A stretch of DNA of 64,000 nucleotides from an uncultured Clostridia bacterium (GTDB lineage: Bacteria > Bacillota > Clostridia > TANB77 > CAG-508). Within the stretch, counting starts at the first letter, position 1; the number at the start of each line of letters is the position of its first letter. Of the stretch, positions 19,317-28,082 are shown piece after piece. The notes under the pieces were generated by a model, which was given only the letters and a program-made list of their open reading frames with translations, did no database searches and was not told the origin of the DNA. The stretch spans positions 1,618 through 65,617 of the forward strand of contig CAMMZC010000004.1 in NCBI GenBank assembly GCA_946529215.1. The letters run 5' to 3'. Position numbers and translations under genes: made by a program.

Positions 19317-19345
19317 TTGACAAATTTAAAAAAATAGAATATAAT
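19317..19345 (+). promoter_or_regulatory. Consensus sigma-A promoter (TTGACA-N17-TATAAT) for the abiEi-abiEii operon
   Basis: ttgaca at 19317-22, a 17-nt spacer, tataat at 19340-45, about 60 nt upstream of the AbiEi start. Confidence 0.55.
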
Positions 19346-19408
19346 GTTATTATAAAGTACACAATATACAATAATAATTACTAAATAATAACAAAGAAGG
19401 TGAAAGAT

Positions 19409-20053
19409 ATGAATATTTGTAAGACTGTTTTGGAGTGTATAGATCAATATCCTCAAGATGAACCAATATTTATTGAAGACATAAAAAGATATGTAATACA
19501 AAAGTGCAAAAATGAAGAAAAACAAAATGTTTCAAAAAATATAAATGTTATTTTAAATAGATTAAAAAACGAAGGTATTATTAGAGCAGAATATAAAGGT
19601 GTATATTATAAGCCTGTGTATACTATATTTGGAGAAATGGGGTTAGATACTAATAAATTAAGAAAACTAAAATATTTAGAAGATAGAGATGGGAATATAA
19701 AAGGTTATATAATAGGAGCAAAATTATTCAATATGCTTGGTTTAACAACTTTAGTACCCAATGTTACAGACATAGTTACAAATGAATGTAAGTATCATAA
19801 ACAATATGATGAAAAACTAAGAACCTATATAACAAAGCCTAAAATAGAAATAACAAATGAAAATTATAGGTACTTGCAGTTTATAGATATATTAGAAAAC
19901 AAAGATAATATTTATATTGAAGCTGATAATGCAAATGAAATTTTATATAGTATTATTGAAGAATGTAAATTAGATTTTGAAAAAATAATAAAATATGTTA
20001 GAGAAACAAATAGTAAAAATGTATTAGACAAGTTGTTAGTTCTAGCAAGATAG
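19409..20053 (+). CDS. abiEi: AbiEi-family antitoxin / transcriptional regulator (type IV toxin-antitoxin, abortive infection)
   Basis: About 215 aa. The central motif GYIIGAKLFNMLGLTTLVPN resembles the GY.sg.sAL..hGL AbiEi signature. It sits immediately upstream of a DUF1814 nucleotidyltransferase. ATG 19409 follows the RBS agaagg. The track ORF starts at GTG 19400. Confidence 0.6.
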   Translation: MNICKTVLECIDQYPQDEPIFIEDIKRYVIQKCKNEEKQNVSKNINVILNRLKNEGIIRAEYKGVYYKPVYTIFGEMGLDTNKLRKLKYLEDRDGNIKGYIIGAKLFNMLGLTTLVPNVTDIVTNECKYHKQYDEKLRTYITKPKIEITNENYRYLQFIDILENKDNIYIEADNANEILYSIIEECKLDFEKIIKYVRETNSKNVLDKLLVLAR

Positions 20054-20064
20054 GAGAACAGATA

Positions 20065-21021
20065 ATGCAATTTCATTTGAAAGAACAGGATTTTAAAAAA
20101 TTTATTAATGATATGAGCAAAAATATCAATATTGATGCAGACATAATCGAAAAGGACTATTATGTTTGTTCTGTATTAAAAGAATTAGCTGAAAAACAAG
20201 ATTATTTAAAAGCTTATTTTAAAGGTGGAACTGCTGTATATAAAATATTAGATACGATGAATAGATTTTCAGAAGATATTGATTTAACTGTTGAAGTAAT
20301 AAAAGAAGCTTCAAACAATAGCAATAAAACAAGATTAAAAAAATCTGCATTAGGATATAAAATACCTGGCTTAGAATTGGATAAAGATAAAACAAAAGAT
20401 GTTAAACAAAGTGTTACAGCATATTATAAATATAAATCTTTTTTTGAAAATGTAAAAAATCAGTTACATAAGGCAGGAGAAATACAAGTTGAAGCGACAT
20501 CATTTACAATTAGTGAACCTACAGAATTATATGTAATAGAACCTATTTTATATAAATATGCAAACGAAAGAGAAAGAGAGATTTTAGCAAAAGAATTTGA
20601 TATAAAACCTTTTGAAATAAAAGTTCAAAAATTAGAAAGAATCTTTATAGACAAGCTATTTGCAGCTGAACTATATTTTGAAAAGCAAATGTATATTGAT
20701 TTATCAAAACATTTATATGACTTAACTATATTGTTTAAAACAAAGAGGATACAAGATTTTTTACACAATAAAAAAGAGTATTTAAAAATTGTTAATTATA
20801 AAAGAGAAGAAGAAATCTATAGAAAAGGTGGAGTAGATAGAAAAAATAAAATTAAAGATTTTGGCTACTTTGATATGGAATATAATGATGATTTCTTAAA
20901 AGCCTTTAAATTAATGCAAGATAAGTATATTTTTAAAGATGAATATAGAATAACAATAGAAGATGTGAAAGAGGTGTTAAATGAAGTTAGAGAGTGGATA
21001 ATAAAATTAGAGAGGATGTAA
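20065..21021 (+). CDS. abiEii: AbiEii-family nucleotidyltransferase toxin (DUF1814)
   Basis: YFKGGTAVYKILDTMNRFSEDIDLTVEV matches the AbiEii KGGTAL...RFSEDxDxT nucleotidyltransferase motif. It starts 11 nt after the AbiEi stop. Confidence 0.75.
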   Translation: MQFHLKEQDFKKFINDMSKNINIDADIIEKDYYVCSVLKELAEKQDYLKAYFKGGTAVYKILDTMNRFSEDIDLTVEVIKEASNNSNKTRLKKSALGYKIPGLELDKDKTKDVKQSVTAYYKYKSFFENVKNQLHKAGEIQVEATSFTISEPTELYVIEPILYKYANEREREILAKEFDIKPFEIKVQKLERIFIDKLFAAELYFEKQMYIDLSKHLYDLTILFKTKRIQDFLHNKKEYLKIVNYKREEEIYRKGGVDRKNKIKDFGYFDMEYNDDFLKAFKLMQDKYIFKDEYRITIEDVKEVLNEVREWIIKLERM

Positions 21022-21034
21022 TGAGGCATCCTCT
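21013..21034 (+). terminator. Stop-codon-overlapping hairpin (gaggatg-taatgagg-catcctc) followed by tttaattaa
   Basis: Inverted repeat seen directly. It is a weak terminator because the T-tract is only ttt. It is near-identical to the hairpin at 33266-33292. Confidence 0.35.
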
Positions 21035-21374
21035 TTAATTAAGTGTGACAGGAATTTCGACTCCCAAAATATTTAATAAAACAATATAAAAATAATCATA
21101 AAATCACTATGCAAATTGGAATAAATGTGATATAAATATTATTAGAAAGACTTATATAATTAAAAATTGAAATGGTAGATTTTAATGAAATATTATACGA
21201 AGAAATGATACAATTATTGAACCAAAATCAAATGAAGAAGCAAAGAAAATAATAGAAGAACAATATTATAAAGAATTAGAAGAATCATATCAGAATGGGC
21301 TAAGATATTCAAAGGAAAACTATCCTAAGTTTGTTAGTGATGAAGTAGATGAAAGATTTTTAGCTTTACATTTA

Positions 21375-21806
21375 ATGCCAAAAAGTATTTTTAAAGAATT
21401 AAAAATATATGAAAAAGAAAATCAAAAAGAATTTGAAAAAATTGAAGAAGAGGCAGAAAAAGAATTAAGTAATCAAAATATACCTGAAGATATATTAAAT
21501 ATATTTTTTGAATTTCATGATGGAAATATAAAAGAATTAGCACAAAATGGTGAAGACATTGTTTTAACAATAGAAACTGAAGAAGAGCAAATAAAAATAG
21601 TGAATTTTAAAAACGGTGTATTTTTAGAGAATGAAATCGAAGAATACACAAAAAAAGATATAAATGAGTATTGTGTTTGGTTATATTATGAATTATATAA
21701 AAGAAATGATAAGTATGAATTACATATTTTAATTCAGAAAGAAGAAGGGTTAAAATATGTTACAATTAAATGTGATAATATTCAAAATGTGATAGAAAGA
21801 AACTAA
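21375..21806 (+). CDS. Hypothetical acidic protein; probably the downstream part of a frameshifted gene that begins at ATG 21172
   Basis: The frame of this ORF stays open upstream to 21187 with no ATG. An ORF in another frame (21172: MVDFNEILYEEMIQLLNQNQMKKQRK*) ends within the a-rich run ccaaaatcaaatg. This is consistent with a 1-nt frameshift or a sequencing error. Confidence 0.4.
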   Translation: MPKSIFKELKIYEKENQKEFEKIEEEAEKELSNQNIPEDILNIFFEFHDGNIKELAQNGEDIVLTIETEEEQIKIVNFKNGVFLENEIEEYTKKDINEYCVWLYYELYKRNDKYELHILIQKEEGLKYVTIKCDNIQNVIERN

Positions 21807-21846
21807 AAATAGACGCCTGGTATATATGACAAAGGAGGAAAGATAG

Positions 21847-23451
21847 GTGAAAGAATTACTAAAAGTAGTAGCAAAGAAATTATTTATATGGTCAATTATT
21901 GTTAATATGATATATTCTATAGCAGATTATGGAGAATCATTTGCACTATCATATTTTGGTACTAGTCCATTGTTATTAAATAAGTTAATTGTTCTAACTA
22001 TAGTATTGATTGCGATTGAATTGATAAAATTAATAACATGTAAAATTGGCTCATATATAGATAATATAAATGACACAAAAACACAAACTGCGATAGAAAA
22101 ATACTATTTTAGAAAATTGCAATCTATGACAATGAAGCAAATTTCAAATATTCATACAGGATATATACATAAGTTAATAACAAATGTATCAAGATATTTT
22201 TTTGAAATTACTTGGCAATTTGAAATTAGTGTAATTCCATTGATAATAGGCGGAACGTCAATATTTATTATGATTTGCAAAGAGTCAATTTTAACAGGAG
22301 TAATATGCATTATAATATCAGCTTTAGCAGTATTTACAAAATATAAAATGATTAGAAATATGCAAAAATATCAAAAAAATGTAAATGATGCATCATCAAA
22401 ATATAATGCAAAATTTATAGATTTTATACAAAATATTATAGCTGTAAGAAAACTTAATATTGGAGATTTTTGCGAAGATAAAATTACAGAAAATTCTAAT
22501 GAGTATTTAAAAGCTACGAAATTAAATGAAAGAAAAAGATCAATGACTAATGGTGTATTTACTGGGCTAATGGATTTATTATATTTAGTAATTTTAATAG
22601 TTGCAATTACGATGACAAAAAATGGACAAGATGCACTTCCATATATATTATTTTTTATAACAGCGTTGGGTAAATTATATTCAAACTTGAATAGTTTGGT
22701 TAAATTGATAGATATGTGCGAAAGATTTAAGACATCAAAAAAACAGTTAGACGAATATTTTAAAAATAGTAAAGAAACAAATATTGTTAAAGACTTTCAA
22801 GAGATAAAATTGCAAAATGTTATATTTTCATACGCGAAAAATTCAGCAAAAATAAAAATTCCAGAATTTATATTAAAAAGAGGAGAAAAAATTAGCATAA
22901 TGGGAGAGTCAGGACAGGGAAAGACAACTATAATGAACATACTTGCTGGACTATATCCTTTAGAAAATGGAAAGCTATTAATAAATAGTAATGAGATTAA
23001 AGACACTAGATTAGATTTAGTTTTTGTATCACAAGAAGTTGATTTATTCGATTTAAGTATAAGAGATAATTTGTGCTTAGGTAAAGAAATATCAGATGAA
23101 AAAATACTAGAATTAATAAAAGAAGCAGGATTAATTGATTGGTATAATGAATTACCACAAGGTTTAGATACGATGGTTGGAGAAAGAGGAATAAAACTAT
23201 CTGCAGGGCAAAAACAAAGATTAAATATAATTAGAGGGATTTTAATAGATAAGGATTTATACTTTTTTGATGAACCTACTTCTAATTTAGATAGTTTGTC
23301 AGAGGAAAAAATAACGAATATGATTGAGAAATATTTGAAAGACAAAACATATGTAATTGTAACACATAGACCTAAACTAAAATATTTATGTAATAGGCAT
23401 TATATATTTGAAAATCATATGATGAAAGAAGTAGTAAAAATTGTAATTTGA
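21847..23451 (+). CDS. ABC exporter, fused six-TM permease plus ATP-binding domain
   Basis: GTG start after the RBS aaggagg. An N-terminal TM domain is followed by Walker A (IMGESGQGKTT), the ABC signature (LSAGQKQRLNIIRGIL) and Walker B (LYFFDEPTSNLD). Confidence 0.8.
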   Translation: MKELLKVVAKKLFIWSIIVNMIYSIADYGESFALSYFGTSPLLLNKLIVLTIVLIAIELIKLITCKIGSYIDNINDTKTQTAIEKYYFRKLQSMTMKQISNIHTGYIHKLITNVSRYFFEITWQFEISVIPLIIGGTSIFIMICKESILTGVICIIISALAVFTKYKMIRNMQKYQKNVNDASSKYNAKFIDFIQNIIAVRKLNIGDFCEDKITENSNEYLKATKLNERKRSMTNGVFTGLMDLLYLVILIVAITMTKNGQDALPYILFFITALGKLYSNLNSLVKLIDMCERFKTSKKQLDEYFKNSKETNIVKDFQEIKLQNVIFSYAKNSAKIKIPEFILKRGEKISIMGESGQGKTTIMNILAGLYPLENGKLLINSNEIKDTRLDLVFVSQEVDLFDLSIRDNLCLGKEISDEKILELIKEAGLIDWYNELPQGLDTMVGERGIKLSAGQKQRLNIIRGILIDKDLYFFDEPTSNLDSLSEEKITNMIEKYLKDKTYVIVTHRPKLKYLCNRHYIFENHMMKEVVKIVI

Positions 23452-23496
23452 TTAAATATGATATAAATATAGTTAGAATGAAAACAAGGTGGAAGA

Positions 23497-23754
23497 ATGG
23501 AACGAGAATTAGAAAATAAAATATTTATGGCAAACGAATATACCAATAAAGATGATATGGAAGAAAAAATAAAAGAATATATAGAAGTATTAAAATTTAA
23601 ATATCCAAATGCTATTATTACTAGAGAATTTTATAAAGGTCAAAATGTTCTTATCAGAGCTACAGAAGTAAGTAATAAAGTAATTGCTAATAAACAAGTA
23701 AATAAGGAAAGAGAAATAGACGATTGGTATATAAGACAAAGGAGTGAGAGATAA
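23497..23754 (+). CDS. Hypothetical small protein (85 aa)
   Basis: ORF with the RBS aaggtggaag. No family recognised. Confidence 0.35.
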   Translation: MERELENKIFMANEYTNKDDMEEKIKEYIEVLKFKYPNAIITREFYKGQNVLIRATEVSNKVIANKQVNKEREIDDWYIRQRSER

Positions 23755-23961
23755 ATGGACGAGTATATTTGTAAAATAGCAACACTTGAAGAAATGGAAA
23801 AGAATTGGAATTATTTAATTGAAGTACATCCAAATAATAACGCATGGAAAATTTATAAAGAGGAAGCTATAAAAAATATGAAAGAGAAAAACACCATAGT
23901 ATACTATGGGATTTTAAATGGAACTATTATGCTAATCAAATATTTAATGGCATTATATTGA
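23755..23961 (+). CDS. Hypothetical small protein (68 aa)
   Basis: Its start abuts the previous stop (taaATG). No family recognised. Confidence 0.3.
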   Translation: MDEYICKIATLEEMEKNWNYLIEVHPNNNAWKIYKEEAIKNMKEKNTIVYYGILNGTIMLIKYLMALY

Positions 23962-24071
23962 TATTTGAGATATAGAATGGAAAGAGAATATTAAAGGGAA
24001 AAATTGAGGTATGGTATTATTTTAAGAAAGACAATTAACAACAAAATAGAATTATGTGAATCGAAAGAGGC

Positions 24072-24100
24072 TTGACATTAGTTGACATAAATGATATAAT
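24072..24100 (+). promoter_or_regulatory. Consensus sigma-A promoter (TTGACA-N17-TATAAT) upstream of the tandem-Nudix gene
   Basis: ttgaca at 24072-77, a 17-nt spacer, tataat at 24095-24100. Confidence 0.5.
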
Positions 24101-24146
24101 ACTTTTGGAAATTTATTTACATCAAATATAAAATGGAGGTACTCAT

Positions 24147-25367
24147 ATGTCTAATCAATTAGATGATTTTTTGAAAGAATATAAAAGTAAAGAAATCGGA
24201 AAAGCAGAGATAGGTAAAAGCTCTGACGGATTAAATACACATAAAGTCAAGTTTCCAGATGGTACTATACAATATAGAGAATTTGTAAAAAAGAAACCAA
24301 CTGCAATTTTACTAGCTAAAACTAGGGATGGCCAAACAATTTGTATAGGGAAGACAGCTGCAAATTGTTCTGAAGGTGCGTTACTTAAACTTCCTTCAGT
24401 AGAGTTAGAAGAAGAGAACGAAGAAGCAATAAAAGTAGCTTTGAGAAAAATTTTGAAAGAGGTAGGTTTTGAAACTGGAGAAATCATTCCTATAGGTTTT
24501 CACTATCAAGATCCAGGGTTAAGTGGGGAAAGAGTATATGAGTATTGTGCGATTGATTGTTATCAGGTTTCAGAACCAGGATTAGCTAAGGAAAAGAATG
24601 AAAAGACAATTTTTTTATCTCAAGAAGATATAAAAAAAGCTATTATAAAAAATAAGTTACTTGATGCAAGTTCTTTAATTGTTTTGATGAGAACACTATT
24701 ATTAAATGAAAAAATTCAAAATGCAGAAGAAAAAGAAAATTATAAATTGGATGAGCTTTTAGAAAAGTGCAAATGTACACAATTAGGAGAAACACTATCA
24801 GGAGGAAGTTTTTATAAAATTATGGAACGTATGGTTCAACTACCTGATGGTACCAAACAGAAAACAGTATTTGTGAAAAAGAAACCTGCTGCAATAGTAC
24901 TAGCTATAACTACAAAAGGAGAAATAATTTCTATTGTTCAACCTATTGCCAATTGTCCTGAAGGTTCATTGCTTGAATTTCCAGCTGGCTATTTGGAGGA
25001 GACAGAAGAAGCTACAAAAGCGGCTTTGAGAGAACTTCTTGAAGAAACAGGATTTGAAACAAAAAAAGTTATTTCTTTAGGTTATCATTATCAAGATTCG
25101 GAATTAAATGGAGAAAGAGTATATGAGTATTGTGCAATTGATTGCAGTCAAGTTTCAGAACAGGTATTAGATAGGGGAGAATATATTAAAACAATTCTTT
25201 TATCACAAGAAGAAATAAAGAATGCTATTATCAGTGGCAAGTTACTTGATGCTAATTCTTTAATAGCTTTTATGAAAGTACTTTTATTAAATGAAAGAAT
25301 TAAAATTTTAGAAAATAGAAAAGGAGAACCAGATGGTGTATTACCCCACCAAAAAGGAGAACGTTAG
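24147..25367 (+). CDS. Tandem-Nudix protein (two NudF/ADP-ribose-pyrophosphatase-like domains; the first Nudix box is degenerate, the second intact)
   Basis: Clear internal duplication of ~190 aa (DGTIQYREFVKKKPTAILLAKTRDGQ... and DGTKQKTVFVKKKPAAIVLAITTKGE...). The second repeat has a canonical Nudix box, GYLEETEEATKAALRELLEETGF (GX5EX7REUXEEXGU). The first has SVELEEENEEAIKVALRKILKEVGF, lacking the G and the REx2EE residues. Confidence 0.7.
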   Translation: MSNQLDDFLKEYKSKEIGKAEIGKSSDGLNTHKVKFPDGTIQYREFVKKKPTAILLAKTRDGQTICIGKTAANCSEGALLKLPSVELEEENEEAIKVALRKILKEVGFETGEIIPIGFHYQDPGLSGERVYEYCAIDCYQVSEPGLAKEKNEKTIFLSQEDIKKAIIKNKLLDASSLIVLMRTLLLNEKIQNAEEKENYKLDELLEKCKCTQLGETLSGGSFYKIMERMVQLPDGTKQKTVFVKKKPAAIVLAITTKGEIISIVQPIANCPEGSLLEFPAGYLEETEEATKAALRELLEETGFETKKVISLGYHYQDSELNGERVYEYCAIDCSQVSEQVLDRGEYIKTILLSQEEIKNAIISGKLLDANSLIAFMKVLLLNERIKILENRKGEPDGVLPHQKGER

Positions 25368-25445
25368 ATTAATAATGGGAGTTATAAGTATTATTTAAAA
25401 ATATAATTAAATAGGGATAAAAAAAAATTAGAGATTTATGTAAAT

Positions 25446-25474
25446 TTGACAAAACTAAAATAATATGTTAAAAT
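25446..25474 (+). promoter_or_regulatory. Sigma-A promoter (TTGACA-N17-TAAAAT) for the GNAT / ABC-2 gene cluster
   Basis: ttgaca at 25446-51, a 17-nt spacer, taaaat at 25469-74. A ~150-nt untranslated leader follows. Confidence 0.55.
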
Positions 25475-25579
25475 AGAAAACATAATTTAAGAGTTTATCT
25501 AGGATTGCCTAAATCCGAGCGATAAAGGACAATTATAATAGAGATTGTTTACACGATGTAAGATATATAAAAAGTCTTG

Positions 25580-25620
25580 CAAAGGAGTCTTAAAAGATTC
25601 TTTTGTGAGGCTTATTTTTT
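25580..25620 (+). promoter_or_regulatory. Leader hairpin (12-bp stem with two G-U pairs) followed by a U-tract; possible attenuator or riboregulatory element
   Basis: caaaggagtctt-aaa-agattcttttg, then tgaggcttatttttt, just upstream of the first GNAT start (GTG 25634). Confidence 0.3.
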
Positions 25621-25633
25621 ATTATAAGGGGAA

Positions 25634-26161
25634 GTGATTGAATTGGATATTATAATCAGAACAGCGACAATTAATGATGCTGAAAAGGTTGCAAAAATCA
25701 AAATAGAAGGTTGGCAAACAGCATATAGAGGTATTATAGATGATGAATTTCTTGATAATATGAACTTAAATGAAGAAATAGAGAAAAGAAAAGATAATAT
25801 AAAAGATGGTGAAGATATTATTGTAGCAGAATTTAACAATGAAATTGTAGGATTCTGTTTATATAGAAATTACATTAAAGATCCTGAAAGCTATCCTAAT
25901 GCAGATTGTGAAATATCATCTCTTTATGTAAAAAGTTCATTAAAAAGAAAAGGAATAGGCACAAAATTAATGCAATATGTAATTCAAAAACTACAAAATC
26001 AAGGAAAAACTAAAATGATTTTAGGTTGCTTAAAAGGAAACTATCCTTCAAGAGCTTTCTATGAAAAAATGGGAGGAAAACTTTTAAAAAAAGAAAAAAT
26101 TACATTTGGAAATAAAGAATATGAAGAAGTAATATATGAATATGATATTGCTAAAATGTAA
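25634..26161 (+). CDS. GNAT family N-acetyltransferase
   Basis: GTG start after the RBS aaggggaag. GNAT motif A: VKSSLKRKGIGTKLMQYVIQK. Confidence 0.75.
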   Translation: MIELDIIIRTATINDAEKVAKIKIEGWQTAYRGIIDDEFLDNMNLNEEIEKRKDNIKDGEDIIVAEFNNEIVGFCLYRNYIKDPESYPNADCEISSLYVKSSLKRKGIGTKLMQYVIQKLQNQGKTKMILGCLKGNYPSRAFYEKMGGKLLKKEKITFGNKEYEEVIYEYDIAKM

Positions 26162-26182
26162 AAATGAAGGGAATGAAAATAT

Positions 26183-26599
26183 ATGGATTATAAAATTGAA
26201 AATAATATAACTCCAGAAGAATATAATGAATTAAGAAATTCGGTAGGCTGGGATTCAAAAGAAAAACATATAATACAAAACGCATTAGATAGTAGCGTTG
26301 TAGTAAAGAAAGTAATTTTTGAAAATAAAACAATAGGAATGGCTAGAGCAATTGGAGATGGATTATATTACCTAATTGTAGATGTTGTTGTTCATTCAGA
26401 TTATCAGAAAAAAGGTATAGGTAAATTATTAATAGAATCAATCGTTAAATATATAGAAGAACGTACTGAAATAGGACAAAAGTGCAGTATAAATTTAATA
26501 TCTATGAAAGGAAAAGAAAAATTTTACGAAAAATGTGGATTTAGAACAATACCTTTTGATTACACAGGGTATGGAATGACATTGAGAATTGAAAAGTAA
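26183..26599 (+). CDS. GNAT family N-acetyltransferase
   Basis: 138 aa. VHSDYQKKGIGKLLIESIVKYI is GNAT motif A. Confidence 0.75.
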   Translation: MDYKIENNITPEEYNELRNSVGWDSKEKHIIQNALDSSVVVKKVIFENKTIGMARAIGDGLYYLIVDVVVHSDYQKKGIGKLLIESIVKYIEERTEIGQKCSINLISMKGKEKFYEKCGFRTIPFDYTGYGMTLRIEK

Positions 26600-26613
26600 G
26601 GAGTGAGTAATTA

Positions 26614-27171
26614 ATGGAAATTAAAAGTAAAAGACTTATTTTAAGAAATTGGGAAGATGGAGATGTAAATGATATAGTAGAAGGATTAAATAATATAGAG
26701 GTTGCAAAATGGTTGGCTAGTGTTCCTTATCCATATACTGAAAATGATGCTAGAAATTTTATTGAAAGAGCTAAGAATAATGATGAAAATGTAAAAATAG
26801 CATTAGCAATTGTTTTAAAAGAAAGCAATAAAGTAATCGGTGGTACAGAAATTAGAAATATCAATAAAAAAGATGGAACAGCAGGTGGTGGAATATGGCT
26901 TAATGAAAAATATCAAAAGAATGGTTATGGAACTGAGGCTTTCAGTAGCAGAAATAAATATTGTTTTGATGTTTTAGGTTTAAGAAGAATTGAAAATGGC
27001 TACTTTCCAGATAATGAAAAATCAAGAAAAATGCAGATGAAATTAGGTTATAAAGATGAGGGAATAAGAAGAAAGAAATTCCTATGTTTAGCAACAAATG
27101 AATATGTAGATGAATGTATAACAGGATTGTTGAAAGAAGAGTTTATAGAATGGAGTGATAAAAATGTATAA
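26614..27171 (+). CDS. GNAT family N-acetyltransferase (RimJ/RimL-like)
   Basis: 185 aa. LNEKYQKNGYGTEAF plus the RimL-like layout (MEIKSKRLILRNWEDGD...). Confidence 0.7.
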   Translation: MEIKSKRLILRNWEDGDVNDIVEGLNNIEVAKWLASVPYPYTENDARNFIERAKNNDENVKIALAIVLKESNKVIGGTEIRNINKKDGTAGGGIWLNEKYQKNGYGTEAFSSRNKYCFDVLGLRRIENGYFPDNEKSRKMQMKLGYKDEGIRRKKFLCLATNEYVDECITGLLKEEFIEWSDKNV

Positions 27172-28012
27172 GAAAATAGAACCTAATAATAAAATTTTTG
27201 AAAATGCTGAATATCAAAAAGATAAATATAAATTTAATATTGTATCTAAAATTTTAGCAGGAGAAGAAGTATTACTATATAGTGATGAACAAAATTACTT
27301 TTTAGCAAGAAACAAAGTAGGAATGCCAACATGGATTTGGACAAAAGATGGATTAGAAGATAAACAAATACTTGAAGAAATAAAAGAAGCAATGAAATTA
27401 TTTTTAACAGATTTAGATTGTGATCAATTTACTTGTAAAAAAGAATATTATAATTATCTAATGCAAACTAGTTATGATAAACTTAATAATGAAGATTACT
27501 TTGAGTTAGGATTTTTAACTTGTAATAAAGTGAAAAGCGTAAAACAAACAGACGGAAAGATGATGATGTGTACAAAAGAAGATTACGAAACTCTTTTGAG
27601 TCTTTTTGTACAATTTACTGAATTTATGAATAAAACAACAAATAATAATAGTAAAGCCAATATAGAAGAATTAAAAGAAGAAATGAATAGTCAAATAGAA
27701 CAAAATCACTTATTTTGTTGGAAAAATAAGGAAGAAAAAATAGTTTGCATTGCAAATTTTCAGGTGTTGGGAGATACTGCTAGAATAGGGCATGTTTTCA
27801 CATTAGAAGAAGAAAGAGGAAAAGGTTATGCTGCTAATTTGGTTCATGATTTAACAGAAAGATTATTAAATGAAGGATTACAGCCACTATTATATACAGA
27901 TTATAATTATCCGGCATCTAATAAAGCATATATTAATGCAGGATATGAAGATAAAGGAATACTAGTTAATTTTAGCTGTAGTAGAGAAAAAAGAAAAGTG
28001 AAACAGAAATAG
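27164..28012 (+). CDS. Two-domain protein with a C-terminal GNAT acetyltransferase domain
   Basis: The C-terminal part, GHVFTLEEERGKGYAANLVHDLTERLL, is GNAT motif A. Its start overlaps the previous stop (ATG 27164, or GTG 27155). Confidence 0.6.
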   Translation: MYKKIEPNNKIFENAEYQKDKYKFNIVSKILAGEEVLLYSDEQNYFLARNKVGMPTWIWTKDGLEDKQILEEIKEAMKLFLTDLDCDQFTCKKEYYNYLMQTSYDKLNNEDYFELGFLTCNKVKSVKQTDGKMMMCTKEDYETLLSLFVQFTEFMNKTTNNNSKANIEELKEEMNSQIEQNHLFCWKNKEEKIVCIANFQVLGDTARIGHVFTLEEERGKGYAANLVHDLTERLLNEGLQPLLYTDYNYPASNKAYINAGYEDKGILVNFSCSREKRKVKQK

Positions 28013-28082
28013 TTTTATAAAAGGAATTTTGGACAAAAGAACCGTCCCTTTGTCCACTTTGTCTAGGGAGGAAGTGATTAAA

